Source of the DNA: the human T2T-CHM13v2.0 reference genome, Homo sapiens | NCBI RefSeq assembly: GCF_009914755.1 | Contig: NC_060934.1 | DNA length: 64,000 nt | Strand: one strand, 5' to 3' | Shown: positions 35,080 to 52,628 of the stretch, one piece after another | Position numbering within the stretch: the stretch's first letter is position 1 | Layout of the letters: the number at the start of each line of letters is the position of its first letter | The notes under the pieces: model-generated | What the model saw: only the letters and a program-made list of their open reading frames with translations | The model's database searches: none | Told to the model about the DNA's origin: nothing | Made by a program: the position numbers and the translations under genes

Positions 35080-35388
35080 ATTTCTTCTTCTTTTATTTAT
35101 TTTTTTTTTGAGACAGAGTCTTGCTTTGTCACCGAGGCTGGAGTGCAATGGGCTCAATCTCAGCTCACTGCAACCTCCACCTCCCAGGTTCAAGCGATTC
35201 TCCGCCTCAGCCTCCTGAATAGCTGGGATTACAGGTGCACACCACCACGCCTGGTAATTTTTGTATTTTTAGTAGAGACAGGGTTTCTCTGTGTTGGTCA
35301 GGCTGGTCTCGAATTCCTGACCTCATGATCCGCCTGCCTTGGCCTCCCAAAGTGCTGGGATTACAGGCATGAGCCACCACGCCCGGCC
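35080..35388 (-). mobile_element. AluS (Sc/Sg-like)
   Basis: Antisense dimer; cataatat on both sides. Confidence 0.95.
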
Positions 35389-35961
35389 CATAATATTTTC
35401 TAGTTTGTTTTATCTTGCTAATGAATGTAAATTTTTCTCTGGCCTTGATTTTTTAAATTACTCTCATATTATATATAGCTTTTAGACCCTCATCAAAATT
35501 TTTGTAGAGTAAATGAAAGTATACACATATGTATACATATAAATGCATATTATTTATATGTGTAAACTTATACATATAAATAAGTCCTTCAGTTATAGAA
35601 TGCTGTTGAGAAAATCAGAGGTATTTTTAGGAGGGTACAACTAAGACAAAAGATTAATGCCTCTTTAGGAAAATACGCCTGAAATAAAATAACATCATGC
35701 CTAATAATTATCCTCTAGTTATTTTCCTGCAGCCTTACCACACTAATCCATCTATCGTCTTGAAATTATCTGTCTTAAACACAGATTAAATCACATTACT
35801 TATATAATTTACATAATCATAGTACTTACATAATTATCTGTCTGAAACAAAGATTTAATCATATTACTTTTCTGCTCTGGAACCTTAGATGACACGATTA
35901 CAGAATAAGGGCTGAATTCCTAGGCATGGCATTCAAAATCCTTATAAGATACCACCCTCTT

Positions 35962-36284
<323 letters not shown>

Positions 36285-36759
36285 CTAGATCTAACGTATT
36301 CTCCTCGCAAAAAAATTTGGACTACGTGTTTCTGGACATGACCTGCCCTTTTTTCTCCATCTTTGAGACTTTTCTTCCTCCCCTTTTTCCAAAGCCCACA
36401 GAAAATACCTCTTGCCTTCCTTCCTTCTGACCTGACATACTTCCCAGCCTGGGTTAATTTTAAGAACATCAACATGTTAATGATCCTCTTAATGAACATA
36501 TGATTTTAGAACAACATAACAAACTGGTGTTCTCTTTTGTATTGACATTGAAAACATTTGTATCATCACTTCTTCCCAAGCTCACCTCAAGAAGTCTATC
36601 TTTTAGCCCAACATGTTCTCCCTTCTGTGACTGGTGCTTATTCTCTAACATATTTGGAAGCAATAGACCTTAATAATTGAGAGGTGTGGCTGTGAAGTTA
36701 ACTCAACTTGGGTTCAGCCCACTTACTTCACCTCATCTGCAAAATAAGATGATAACACA

Positions 36760-38247
36760 GAAAACTTTAAAATACATCCATAAATTATTTGACAACGCTC
36801 TCATGAAGAGGCAGAGTCTGTGTGCCCTCCTCTTGAAACTAGGTACACTTGTGGCTTGTTTGTAAACAATGAAATGCAGGAGAAACGACACTCGGTAACT
36901 TCTAAGACTAAGCAAAAAAAAAAAAAAGTTACGCAGCTTCTTCCCTGTTCACTGAGATATTCACTTGTGGAGGCTTAAACTAGCATTTAAGAAGTCCAAT
37001 TACTCTGAGGCCACCAGGCTATGAGGAAAGCTAGGTCATACAAAAAGGCCCTTGGCTAAATGTCTGGTAGGAAGCCTCAACTGAATTCCCAGCCAACAGC
37101 CAGCATCCATTGCTAAGCATGTGACTGAAGACCTGTCCAGGTGATGCCAGCCCTCAATTGTGAAGTTCCCACTTGTTCATTGAGTCTTCCCAGTTGAGGA
37201 CCAGCCTTCATGGAGCAGAGACGAGCCATTTCTGTTTTGCTCTGTCCAAATTCCTGAGCTACAGCCTGCAAGAACATAATAAAAGAGTTTCTTTAAGCTA
37301 CTAACTTTGGGGATAACTTGTTATGTAGCAAAAATAATCAGAACAGAAATTTCACACCTAGAAATAGAGTGCTACTATACCAAAAATCTAAAGCATGAGG
37401 CGTTGACTTTGAAACCACTGTCTAGCAGCAGCTGAACGGGCTTTGAGGAGACTGTTATCATCTTAGGCTGGAGAAGGCTGTTGGTGGGGACTTGCAGACA
37501 AGCAAGGAAAATGTCATTAGAAGCTGGAGGAAAGCAAAATCATTTTGCCTAGTGGTGAAAGTCTGGCCACACTGTCACATGTGGTAATGTGAAAAAAACA
37601 GAAAATGTTGGATGAAAAATGTGGTACATATACACCCTGAATACTACTCAGTCATTAAAAGGAATGAAATCATGTCTTTTGAAGAAACTTGGATGGAGCT
37701 GGAGGCCCTTATTCTATGGAAGTAACTCAGGAGTGGAAAACTAAATATCGTGTGTTCTTACTTATAAGCGGGAGCTAAGCTATGAGGATGCAAAGGCATA
37801 AGAATGATGTCCTGGACTTTGTGGAGGAGTTGGGAGGTTGGTGAGGGGTAAAAGGCTACATATTGGGTACAGTGTACAGTGCTCTGCAGATGAATACTCT
37901 AAAATCTCAGAAATCATCACTAAAGAACTTATCCCTGTAGCCAAAAACCAACTGTACTCCAAAAACTATTAATAAAAAAATTAAAAATACACAATGAGAA
38001 AATGATAATTACAAAAAAATTTTAAAAGTAGAAAATATGCTTAAGGAATTTGATGATCTAGCTAAGCAAATTTCCCCAGAAAATATTAAAAGAGCCACTT
38101 GACTTTTTCTTTCTGTCTGTGATAAAATGCAAGAGAAGAGAGATGAGCTCAATTCTTGACCCAAAGAAGCTGCGAGCATGATAAAATGGTCATTTTCAGC
38201 TACCAAGTTTTGGGGTTATTTTTAGCACAGCAGTAGTAACTGGATCA
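36760..38247 (+). mobile_element. MLT1G/H-type MaLR: LTR, partial internal region, and 3' part of a second LTR
   Basis: LTR end ...ttggggataacttgttatgtagc...agaaca at ~37345; MaLR-int motif tgatgatctagctaag; second LTR end at 38151-38247. Confidence 0.7.
37608..38025 (+). mobile_element. L1MA-type 3' end inside the MLT1 internal region
   Basis: ggagctaagctatgaggatgcaaaggcataagaatgat...cactaaagaacttatcc. Confidence 0.85.
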
Positions 38248-38681
38248 ACACCTCGAAGGATTATCGAGAGGGTTAAATAAGACATGTACATAAAGCAACG
38301 AGCATGGTGTTTGGCAAAAGAAATGCTCAATGAATGGATCTTAAGGTTAACTCTTCGACTGATTTGGCTTTGCTTAAAACATTTAGCATGGCACTGGAGT
38401 GTGCAAGAGGTGCTTAACATATGCTCGTTGACTTGAATTGAGGACAGACTCGAGGACAGAAAAGATGAGTTTGCAAAAAAAACCCACAATCTTATTTTCC
38501 TGACCTGAGACGGAATTTTAAAAATATTATTAGAAGTTGTATTCTTGTTACAGTCTATGAAATTCTAAAATTTATCTTGGGAAGAGATCAGACTATACAA
38601 TTCATTTAATCCTTGCCTTTTCAGCTAAGTCTAGAGTAATAAAATTGTAAATGCCTGGGTTTGGTGAATAATAGTTAATTT

Positions 38682-38990
38682 GGGCCCAGGCATGGTGACT
38701 CAATCACATAATCCCAACACTTTGGGAGGCCAAGGTGGGAGGATCCCTTGAGCCCTTGAGCCCAGGAGTTCAAGACCAACCATAGGCAACATGGTAAAAA
38801 CCCATCTCTGCAAAAAATTAGCTGGGTGTGGTGGTGTACATCTGTAGTCCTGGCTACTTGAAGGAGGGGATGCTGAGATAGAAGGATAGCTTTGAACCTG
38901 GGAGGTTGAGGCTGCAGTGAGCTATGATCATGCCACTGCACTTCAACCTGGGTGACACAGTGAGACCTGGCTCAAAAAAAAAAAAAAAAA
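38682..38990 (+). mobile_element. AluJ
   Basis: TSD agttaattt; small internal duplication cccttgagcccttgagccc. Confidence 0.93.
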
Positions 38991-39969
38991 GTTAATTTGG
39001 GAAATGAGGGGTCTTGACTATCAACTGTGGATATGGATATTGCAGTGGTCCACATCTGATTCAACCTTCACTGCAACTATAAAGTTAGTGAGATTTTCTC
39101 CCCTCTCATTGAATCTTACACATCCTTAAACCCTTTCCACAATCTAGCCTCATGCCCATCGTCCTCTGTCCACTACTGTAACCTACTACATCCCATCCTG
39201 CAGAGTCAAACACAGGAAGGAATTTTTATACTTAAAGCGTTTAAAAATTTTCCTGGAGACAAAAACCCCACTTAAAATATGGCAGTATATGAATCACAAG
39301 TATGAAAATCTCTTACTATAAAAACAGTCACTAACTTCTCACATACTTTGTCACAGTTGGTGCAAGAGACAATGCACTGCGACCGATGAGGCTTGCAGGG
39401 TCCCTAATCTGTGAAGTCTTCACTTCTCAGGAAGGAGGCCAAGTGACCACTGCAGACAGCTCACTTAGAAGGAATTTGAAGAGTTCAAACTCAAGCAGTA
39501 AAAATGCATTCTGATGCCTCTGTTGCATGTCTGATAAATGGTCTTTCTCTCATTACCCAGTGAGAAATCTTGTCTAGAAACTTAGCTCTTCTTGCACTAA
39601 CGTGCTGTCTTGCTCCTGCTAATGAACTGCTTGGAAAATTTCAACTTCCGCCTTGAAACCCTGGTAGTGGCTGGAGTCCTCGCTAACTATGACAGACTTC
39701 TCTAACAGTTCACACTTAGGGCTCCATAAATTACTTGTGCCAGCAATCTCCATCACCAAGCCAGACCAGTGTTTCAGAGCACTCTAATACTTTCACCAGA
39801 CCCCCTAATTAATGCTTGCCCACTTGGCCAATGGTATCCCTTCAGAACATCTGCCTTTACATAGACATTTCCTGGCATCTGCCTTACCTGTTGAATGAGA
39901 CTAGGTTTATTCTGGCCAAGCAAGTCATGTGGAATCAAACAATAGTAACGTGAGGATGAAAAGCTTCCC

Positions 39970-40142
39970 TGTTATTTATGTATTTATTATTTCAGAGACA
40001 GGGTCTCACTGTGTCATTCAGGCTGGAGTGCAGTGGCTGCAGTCATAGCTCACTGTAGTCTCCAACTCCTGGGCTCAAGTGATTCTCCTGCCTCGACCTC
40101 CCAAAGTGCTGGGATTATAGGTGTGAGCCACCATGCCTGGCC
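39970..40142 (-). mobile_element. Alu monomer, left/right-arm chimera
   Basis: Left-arm 5' half (cagcactttgggagg) fused to right-arm 3' half (gtgagctatgact...ccactgcactccagcc). Confidence 0.8.
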
Positions 40143-40467
40143 GCTGTTCTTTAAATGGTTCTATTCCATAGCTATAAAAAAACAAATTAAATAAGCAAAT
40201 TCCTTTGCTCCTTGAACTTCTCCTTTAGAGAAGCAAAAAGAGGTTTCAAAATATCTGTAAAATGAGGTGAAAGGCCATACCTTTCTGTCATCTGAATAAT
40301 GATATTCCTACTGAGAAAAGGGCAAATAGTAAATAATTTCTTTTCATACTAAAGATATATAAAACATGGCTTTAAAATTTATCTCTGCAATACTGACCCA
40401 AAATTATTTTGGTGCTAGGGAAAATATTTTCCCTAGAACTAAAATAATAACAAAAGGCAGGGGAATA

Positions 40468-40758
40468 GGCCGGATACAGTGGCTCAGCACTTTGGGAGGC
40501 CAAGATGGGTGGATCACCTGAGGTCAGGAGCTTGAGATCAGCCTGGCCAACATGGCAAAACCCCGTCTCTCCTAAGAAATACAGAAAAAAAAATATTTGC
40601 CGGGCATGGTGGCGAATGCCTGTAATCCCAGCTACTCGGGAAGCTGAGACATAAGAATTGCTTGAACCCAGGATGCAGAGGTTTCAGTGAGCTGAAATCA
40701 TGCCATTGCGCTGCAGCCTGGGCAGCAGAGTGAGACTCTGTCTCAAAAAAAAAAAAAA
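40468..40758 (+). mobile_element. AluS with ~14-bp deletion near the 5' end
   Basis: ggctca|gcactttggg; A-tail. Confidence 0.93.
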
Positions 40759-41517
40759 GGAGGAGAATAAAAAAGATAAAAAAGGAAGAAACACTTCTAC
40801 ATGAAGACTGATCTCCTACCTGTTTTTAATTCAAGAAGCACTCTCTGAGGAGAGGGGATGGGGAAAGAAGGATAAACCATTAAGGTCCATCGTCCTATTC
40901 CATTAGGAGAAAACTCTGAGAGATAATGAGACAGAAAGGCTCGACAGGTTTCCCCAAGGACAAAGCCAACTAGTTGCTTCAAGCAGCAGCTCCAGAAGAG
41001 CAACTATAAATTTCTTAGATCTCACACCCATTAAAATTCTAGGAAAAGGAGGCTAATTTTGCAAGTAGTCAGCTCGAACTTCCTGTTATGTGTGCCTCTT
41101 ATAAAATGACGCGAAGAGGATTATATGACAGGAACAGTTGAATAGCTACAGCAAAGTTTCCAGGTTCTCGTAAAGACTATGTAAACAGATTCATCTTGAG
41201 AAGTCTACAGTTTTTTTGTTTTGTTTTGTTTTGTTTTAAATAATTAATTAGATTTAAGCACAAAAGGAACTATTTAAATAATTACCAAAGGTACTACCAA
41301 TGCTGTTATATAAGTGATATCTCTGCTGCATACCCACTGGTACTGCTATGCCCTGTCGAATATGTATAAAAGAGGCATATTATCAAGAGAGGACTAGCTT
41401 TTGTAGATTGAAGACCCAGTGAAAATGGGAAGTAAATCTCTGGCCAGAGTAGTCAAAGTAATTAGGAAAGGAGAAGAAACAAGATGTTTTGACCACCAGT
41501 GAGGGTGATTAGGTGCA

Positions 41518-42295
<778 letters not shown>

Positions 42296-42419
42296 TAGGT
42301 TCTCTGTCCCCAGTGACAATGAAGAGCTAGTTTGACAACATATGTGCCTTGATTGGTGAGTAGACCAGATGTGTGGACAAACTTCTGGGTAAGTCAGTGG
42401 CTTCCTGAAAGATGTGCAG

Positions 42420-42777
42420 TTTATTAGTCCATTTTCATGCTGCTGATAAAGACATATGCAAGACCGGATAATTTATAAAGAAAAAGAGGTTTAATTGACT
42501 CACAGTTCCACCTGGTCGGGGAGGCCTCACAATCATGGCGGAACGCGAAAGGCATCTCTTACATGGTGGCAGACGAGAGAAAAACGAGAACCAAGTGAAA
42601 GAGGTTTCCCTTATAAAACCATCAGATCTTGGGAGCCTTATTCACTACCACAAGAACAGTATGGGGGAAACCATCCCTGTAATTCACCTCCCACCAGGTC
42701 CCTCCCACAACACATGGGAATTATTGGAGCTACAATTCAAGATGAGATTTTGGTGGGGACACAGCCAAACTATATCA
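42420..42777 (-). mobile_element. THE1 solo LTR
   Basis: ttattagtccattttcatgctgctgataaagacata...ggggacacagccaaactatatca; flanks tgcag/ggcag. Confidence 0.92.
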
Positions 42778-43316
42778 GGCAGTAAAGCGGTATCCATCCA
42801 AGCCACCAGAACGCCATTGCCAGTTCTGACACGATGAAGAAAGAGCAGACAAACTGGGATTGAGTTGAAGGGTTTTCTGAACACTTCCAAACTTAGACCG
42901 TATGGCAGAATCCCAGAAAGCTGAACGATACAGCACAGAAACAATAGCTCATTCCTGTTTGCAGGGTTTGGGGGAAGGGACTAAAATGGCAGTCTTTTGA
43001 AAGGTGCAAGGAATACAGATAGGTGACGGGGGAAATTGATACAGAGACATGAAGGCAAGCAAAGCTAATAAGCCAGTCATCAGAGGGGCGCTGGGGAATC
43101 TCTGGGAAATCTCTGGAAATACACGGCAGAATGACGCAAGCCACTCGAAAAGGAAGCCAGAATGAATGACTATGTTCATGCATATGCAAACATGTATACA
43201 TATGCATGGACGCCGATGGTTTTCTGGGAATGCTGCAAAAGGAGTAGAATGTGCCCCTTGGTATATTCCAGGAAACTGATTTCCCAGGGAAGGCAAAGTA
43301 AGAAGTACATGGAATA

Positions 43317-43608
<292 letters not shown>

Positions 43609-45002
43609 GTGCATGGATTAAAGTTTACAGGTGAGGTCCACGGACATTTTTGGTGAAACCGAACTCACAAGCTGTGATCATTGCCAACTAAGCAGTCAGA
43701 CATGAAGCAATCTTATCTCAAAACTGCAGAACATTTCCTGACAGAAAAGATACACACAAGTCTAATGGATGGGAAGCTTTGCAGTGAGAAAGCCACATCT
43801 TCTCACTTCTGCATGGCACACCACTCTATGGGCTAGTCAAGTGACAAGCTGATTAATGCATCAGAGTTCCCCAGAAACTGCTAAGACACTGAAAACTGTT
43901 TCATGAGAACACAAATTTTATTCAGTAATGAGACTAAATATAATAACTGAGAAGAATGTTATTGCAAAATATCAGGCAAATGAATTATTGTTTTCATGAC
44001 AAAGGTCTTCAAAGCGACAAGAGAGAGATTGTATATTAAGCAACTTTAGTAAAATATTCTGTATGTAATGAAATAAAAAAATTTAAATTGGGATTTGCAC
44101 ATCCTTGTTTTTGTGTCTAGATCAGGTTCTTGAAAAACCAACTTAATTGTGTATATAATTGATATTTATTAAAGTATAGATTTTAAAATATTACCCTATT
44201 AAATTGTTCACAGTGTTGAGGCATTTCCACTGCTTTGTTGTCAAAAACACACGTCTAACTTCTAATAATTCCTTAAAAGTTTCCTTAATTTTATTTTCCC
44301 TTCTATATTTCCACACTAGTGAACAAATTCATTTGGTAGAAATGGTATTTTAGAGATGATATTCAAGTACGTATTATACTTGGATGAAAATAAACAAAGT
44401 AATGATGACTTGTTTTTGAGTCTTTCAATTTTTTCATTCTTACTGTGGCTAGAGTACGACTATTCTAATAAAAACATCCTGTTTTAAAGAATCAAAACAT
44501 AGCAAATGTATCACATTATATCGAGATTTGAATTTAAGATAATGAAAATTATTGCAAATAAAATAACAGCTTGTATTTGGCAATCTGTAGCCAGAGACTA
44601 TGATATGACAAATAAAAATATTTTTAATCAGAGAAAAAAATATTGGAAAAGAATTTCCTTCTGTTAGCACAATTAATTTATAAAATGCTGGTAAATATCT
44701 ACCCTTTACAGTGTGACGCTATCTATAAAGCTTTGCAGTTATTTAATTCATAAAGCAACTCTCCTTTTACAGGTAGCAAAAAAGAGATACTAAAAAACTG
44801 GCCTGTGGTCTCACAACCCACAAGGAACTTGGGACTCTAAAGTTGAACCTCTCACAGCACTAACCGCAAACAAGAGTTTTGGTGGCCTTTGTGATACCAG
44901 AGAACAGCTTCTCTTTTCTGTTCTAGTGCTTCAAGTTGACAGTGTTGCTAATGATTTAGGATCAAGATCATTAATTCTACCCATTTTACTACATTAAAAA
45001 AA

Positions 45003-45288
45003 TTTTTTTTGAGACAGGGTCTCACTGTGTCATCCAGGCTGGAGTGCAGTGTCACAAATACAGCTCACTGCAGCCTTGATTTCCTGGGCCCAATCAATCC
45101 TCCTGCTTCAGCCTCCTGTGTAGCTGGGACCACAGGCACGTGCCAACATGCCCATCTGATTTTTTTTTTGTAGAGATGGGGTCTTGCTATGTTGTCCAGG
45201 CTGGTCTCGACCTCCCAGGCTCAAGCGATCCTCCTGCCTCAGACTCCCAAAGTGCCAGGATTGCAGGTATGAGCCACTATGCCCAGCC
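45003..45288 (-). mobile_element. AluJ
   Basis: Antisense dimer. Confidence 0.92.
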
Positions 45289-46102
45289 CATTTTTGAAAT
45301 AACATATGGAAAGCAGAGTTATGTTAGCAAAAATTCTTAAATTTGTAATGCCAACATTTCAGCAATTCTTTAGCTGGGGAAAAAAAGAAGTACTAATAGT
45401 GCAAATTCTTGGTTAAATAATTTTAACTAGCAATAAATTATCATTGTATAATATTTGAAAAAAGAAGGGAATGTTAAAAGACAATAATCCTGCCCAGAGA
45501 CATCGTACAAAATTTTAGCAGCTGGATAGAAGTATTGCTGTTTTGCAGTGAGCCTAAGGGATTATTTGGTCCAGTTCCCATCTTCGGTAGCGAAGGCATT
45601 TTTTATCCAGTAAGGTTAAGTGACTTATCCAGATTGCGTGGCCACTAAATGGTGGAGAGAAGACAAGAACCTCAGTCTCTTGCTTCTCCACGTACTTTAC
45701 CTTTCTGTGCTTGACAACATCCTTTTAACTTCTGTACAGAGAGGGGACCCAGCCTGCTGGAGGAAAGGCCCAAGAGAAGTCGCTGATCCCAGCTAAGGGA
45801 AGTAGACATGTAAGCCCCAAAGAGAATGCTTGCAATTTACAGACTAGCCAGAAATTTACAGCTTTTATCAAACGCATTCAAATACGTTTGAAAAACAAGA
45901 ACGTCCACAGTCCGGATGGGTGATCATGAGTTATATCAGCCCATCTGCGTGATCATCACACTTCTGATATGACTCATTGTCACTTCAGAAAGTATTTGTT
46001 ATGGTTTGAATTTCTGCATCTGTTTCTGGAAGTTGTAGGGGGAAAAGTTGAATTAACTTTGAATTATCAATACTACTGCAGAAAACTAAAAAATGATTTG
46101 CA

Positions 46103-46421
<319 letters not shown>

Positions 46422-47666
46422 TAAAACAAGGGCTAATACAAATTACTTGTAAAACAAGTCTCAAGTATATTTTTAAATTCTAGATTGGTTTTCTCCTTTA
46501 TTCCCCAATCCTAGTGCCACTTCCAAGGCTACATATACTCACAGAATTAAAATAATTATAATATCCATCTAAAGAATATTTTTAATAGCATGACTATCTT
46601 GCCACATTCAGACACAAACAAGCTTATTACACATCTTTAATTTTATTACTTAAGTGCTCACTTGCCCAGAATTGCCCCCAAGAATTCTGGAAGTTTTTCC
46701 AAGAGGAGAGAAAACTGTGAATCTGATCAGTCCTGACTTTCATTTTCATTGTTTAATGCTGCTGCCAGATAGTTTCTTGAAGACCCTGTGTCATTGTCTA
46801 CTCTGGTTTCCAATGATCCTACTGCTCAGACCGTGAAGTTTCTTAAAAGGAGAAAGATCCCTCTCTCTGTGGTACTTCACAGCAGGGCCCTTATGACTAT
46901 AGTTCTTTTATTTGCATTCACCTACTCAGTGCCCTAAGCCCATGCAGACTAGCAGAAGCAGGAGCAATTTCCAGCCTCATCCAAAGGTTGCCCTGAAACC
47001 AACAAGCAAGGTCCTATGTTGATCCTGGCCACAAGCCCAGACAATCCCTTCCTGATATGAGTTCTGTCTTGGAAATTCCTGGTATCCATGCAAGCCAGCC
47101 TCAGACATTAGTCAGCACCACCTCAGTTCTCAAAGCAGTTCTTCAATAACAGAAACAGTAATGACATTAATACTTAAAAGCCTGTTCTAAGTACTTTGTT
47201 CATTTAATTCTCATAGGAATCCTTTCAACTTTTGCCACATTTTTCTGATGAAGGAATGGAGCTATCAAGAGATTAGGTAGCATAGCTTGTAACTGGCGGG
47301 AGGATTTGAACCTAGGAAGGCGGACTCCAGAGCCGGTACTTGTAACCACAGCTCCCTTAAATTCCAAAGGGAAGAGATTGAGGTCTCTGTTTCCTTGGAG
47401 GTTCCCGGAGCCCTGTGTAAGAATGTCCCTCCTGTCTACTTCCCCAAACCCAATACTTTAAAGATTATAGAGCAGAGACTTTGTCAAACAACAAATAGTA
47501 TTGCATGATCCACTCCACAGAGCAGTTAGGCACCTCCGTGTCTGGGTAGACAGAGGCCACACAAGTGATCCTTCCAAGAATGAAAAATAAAAGTCACTGT
47601 CAAAGGTGATTTTTGGTCTCCATCTGAGTGAGAAGTGTCTAGAAACTTTTAAAACAATGGTTTAGG

Positions 47667-48765
<1,099 letters not shown>

Positions 48766-49214
48766 TTTAAAATGGATTTCTCTCTCATGCTCCAGAGCTT
48801 TAATCCCTTTCGAACAATCTCTGTGTGTCTCATAGGCGTTGGTTTCATTCATTCAACACAGCAGTTCCTGTCTTCCATCTCGAAGGTCAGCTCTAGACCC
48901 TCCCAGAGAGCCCAGAAACAGCGGATCAAATTTGGAGGTCCTGCCACAGAAAGTTCTATTACCTGGGCTTAGAAATCAAGCCAAAACATAGCTTTCTTTG
49001 AGGGGAGAGGAGGAACTGGACAGGGCAGGTGTGTTTTCTGGGCCTCTGGAGAAGACAGGAGGACATATAGACCAGCGCTCCCTGGCCTATCTGGGTGTGG
49101 AGGGAAGACACCAAGCTGAGCAGAGGAGACCGGTGCCTTTCCAGCAGGCACCGCTGAAATGTAGTGGGCATCATGTCATGTCACGTGTGGCTGCACGACA
49201 GGCCATAGAATGCC

Positions 49215-49430
49215 ATGGTTAAGACCACGGACTCTTGAACTTTACCACCTGGGTTGGTTTTCTACCTCCACCACCTCCTAGCTATAGATCTCAGCCATGC
49301 TGCATAGCTTCTCTATGCGTCAGTTTTCTCATGCATAAAATGGGAACAACTGTGCTCACTTCATCGAGTTGTTAACTACAGATTCAAAGCATTATACATG
49401 TAAAGTGCCTAGCACTTAGTAAGCGCTCCA
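49215..49430 (+). mobile_element. MIR
   Basis: cagttttctcatgcataaaatggg...gtaaagtgcctagcac. Confidence 0.7.
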
Positions 49431-49904
49431 AAAGAGTACTCTGACTACAATCTCTCCCTTTGCCAGTACTACGATCAGTATTATTATTTATAGTTTTCCC
49501 CATCATTAGGAGGATGCACAGGGTTGGCCGATAAGGTGTTTCAATGTAATCTACCAAGTACTTCAGTTCGTCACCATTTAGGGTTGTGCATATTATGACT
49601 CCTGACTATTAGGTGGCTGTATCAGTCAGGGGTTTCCAGAGGAACAGAACCAATAGCATGTGTGTATCTACATGGGAGATGGAAGGAGGTTTATTTTAAG
49701 GAATTGGCTCATGGGATTATAGGAACTGGCAAGTCTGAATTCTGCTGAGTAGGCCAGCAGGTAGAGATCTATGGAGAAGCTGATGTTGCAGCTCAAGTCC
49801 AAAGGCAGTCAAGAGGCAGAATTCTCTCTTGCCCAGGACACTGCAGCCTTTCTTCTCTTCCGGACTTCATCTGATTGCATGAAGCCCGCCCACATGATGG
49901 AGGG

Positions 49905-50592
<688 letters not shown>

Positions 50593-51363
50593 GAGGGTAA
50601 TCTGCATTCTTCAAATCTACTGATTTAATCACACCTTAAAAAATACCTTCACGGCAAGATCCAGACTGGTGTTTGAGCAAATATCTGACTACCATGGCCT
50701 AGCCAAGTTGATACATAAAATTAACTGTCGCAGAGCCATGATCACAATGGATTTATCATAGACAAATGCTACTTTTTGCTCTGCTGATGAAAATCCATCT
50801 TCACCAAGGCCTAACAGTTGTAGACGAGGACAGAGCCATCTACCAGATAGGTCGCCAATTCTGATGAGACAACATGTTTCTGCAGAGAGCACACTGAAAT
50901 CTCTGAGAACTGTGTTTCACTACCTAAGTCAGGGCCTTGAATTCAAACAGTTGAAATTCTGCTTTCTCTTCTCCATACTGGAATTTCCCAAGAATGGGAG
51001 TCATGCATGTAACCACTGACCACAGAGCCAGGACAGTCCTGTGGCCATTACAAAGCAGCACATCTATTTAATATTATTTCACTGGAAACCAGGTTACAAA
51101 CAAGTCCAGGACGGAATCCTCTCACTGATTCATGAAGTGTTTCTCAGGATGAAATGCATCTTTGCGGGTAATTTGATGGCTCGTCCACTGAATGCCTGCT
51201 TGGAGAAGGAGGAATCTCCCAGTTATGAAGAAATGCCCGCCTCTTCTTCCACTGGGCTGTGGGGACCTAGCCAAGATGCAATTTCCAGAGACAAACAATA
51301 GAATTGAAATAAATATAATGGTAATTCAGCAAATACTATTTTTGTCCTTTTGCAGGTTGATCA

Positions 51364-52128
<765 letters not shown>

Positions 52129-52198
52129 CTGTTCTGTTGCTTTTATATTGATGTACAGAGAATAACTGCTGTTGTGACATCCCTTGTTAGCTGTAACT

Positions 52199-52325
52199 AG
52201 GAGAATCACGCATCCTGATTTGCCCAAGCTAATCCCAGATTACATTTTCTATCAAGCATAATTATTAACAGCCCCCTGCATACTCTCAAAGTCTCCCACT
52301 TTGGATAAAAAAATATTGTTAGCCC
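52199..52325 (-). mobile_element. MER94-like DNA transposon relic
   Basis: gcataattattaacagccccct...actctcaaagtctccc. Confidence 0.65.
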
Positions 52326-52354
52326 AGCTTTAGGCTATATCCAAAGATTAGTCT

Positions 52355-52625
52355 CATAAAATGTTTCCCAAAGTGTATTTTGTGGACCATAACTCAGAAA
52401 ATGCTCTAGGAAAAAGAGCTCGCTGGACAAATAAACTTGGGAAATACTCTTGTGAATTCACCACTCACATTAGTGTGTTCAAATCTTGGACTAAATCTTA
52501 GAGTAGTAAATCCTGCAGTAGAAAATCTTGTTTAACTTTGTTGTTACTCAGTGTTTGGTAAGCTTATTTAACTGCAAGACTTTTTTTGTCTTGAATCCAT
52601 AATACCATCGAGTGAAGCACTACCA
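52355..52625. mobile_element. MER112-like hAT-Charlie relic
   Basis: gtttcccaaagtgt...caaataaacttgggaaatact...cttgtttaactttgtt. Confidence 0.5.
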
Positions 52626-52628
52626 AGA

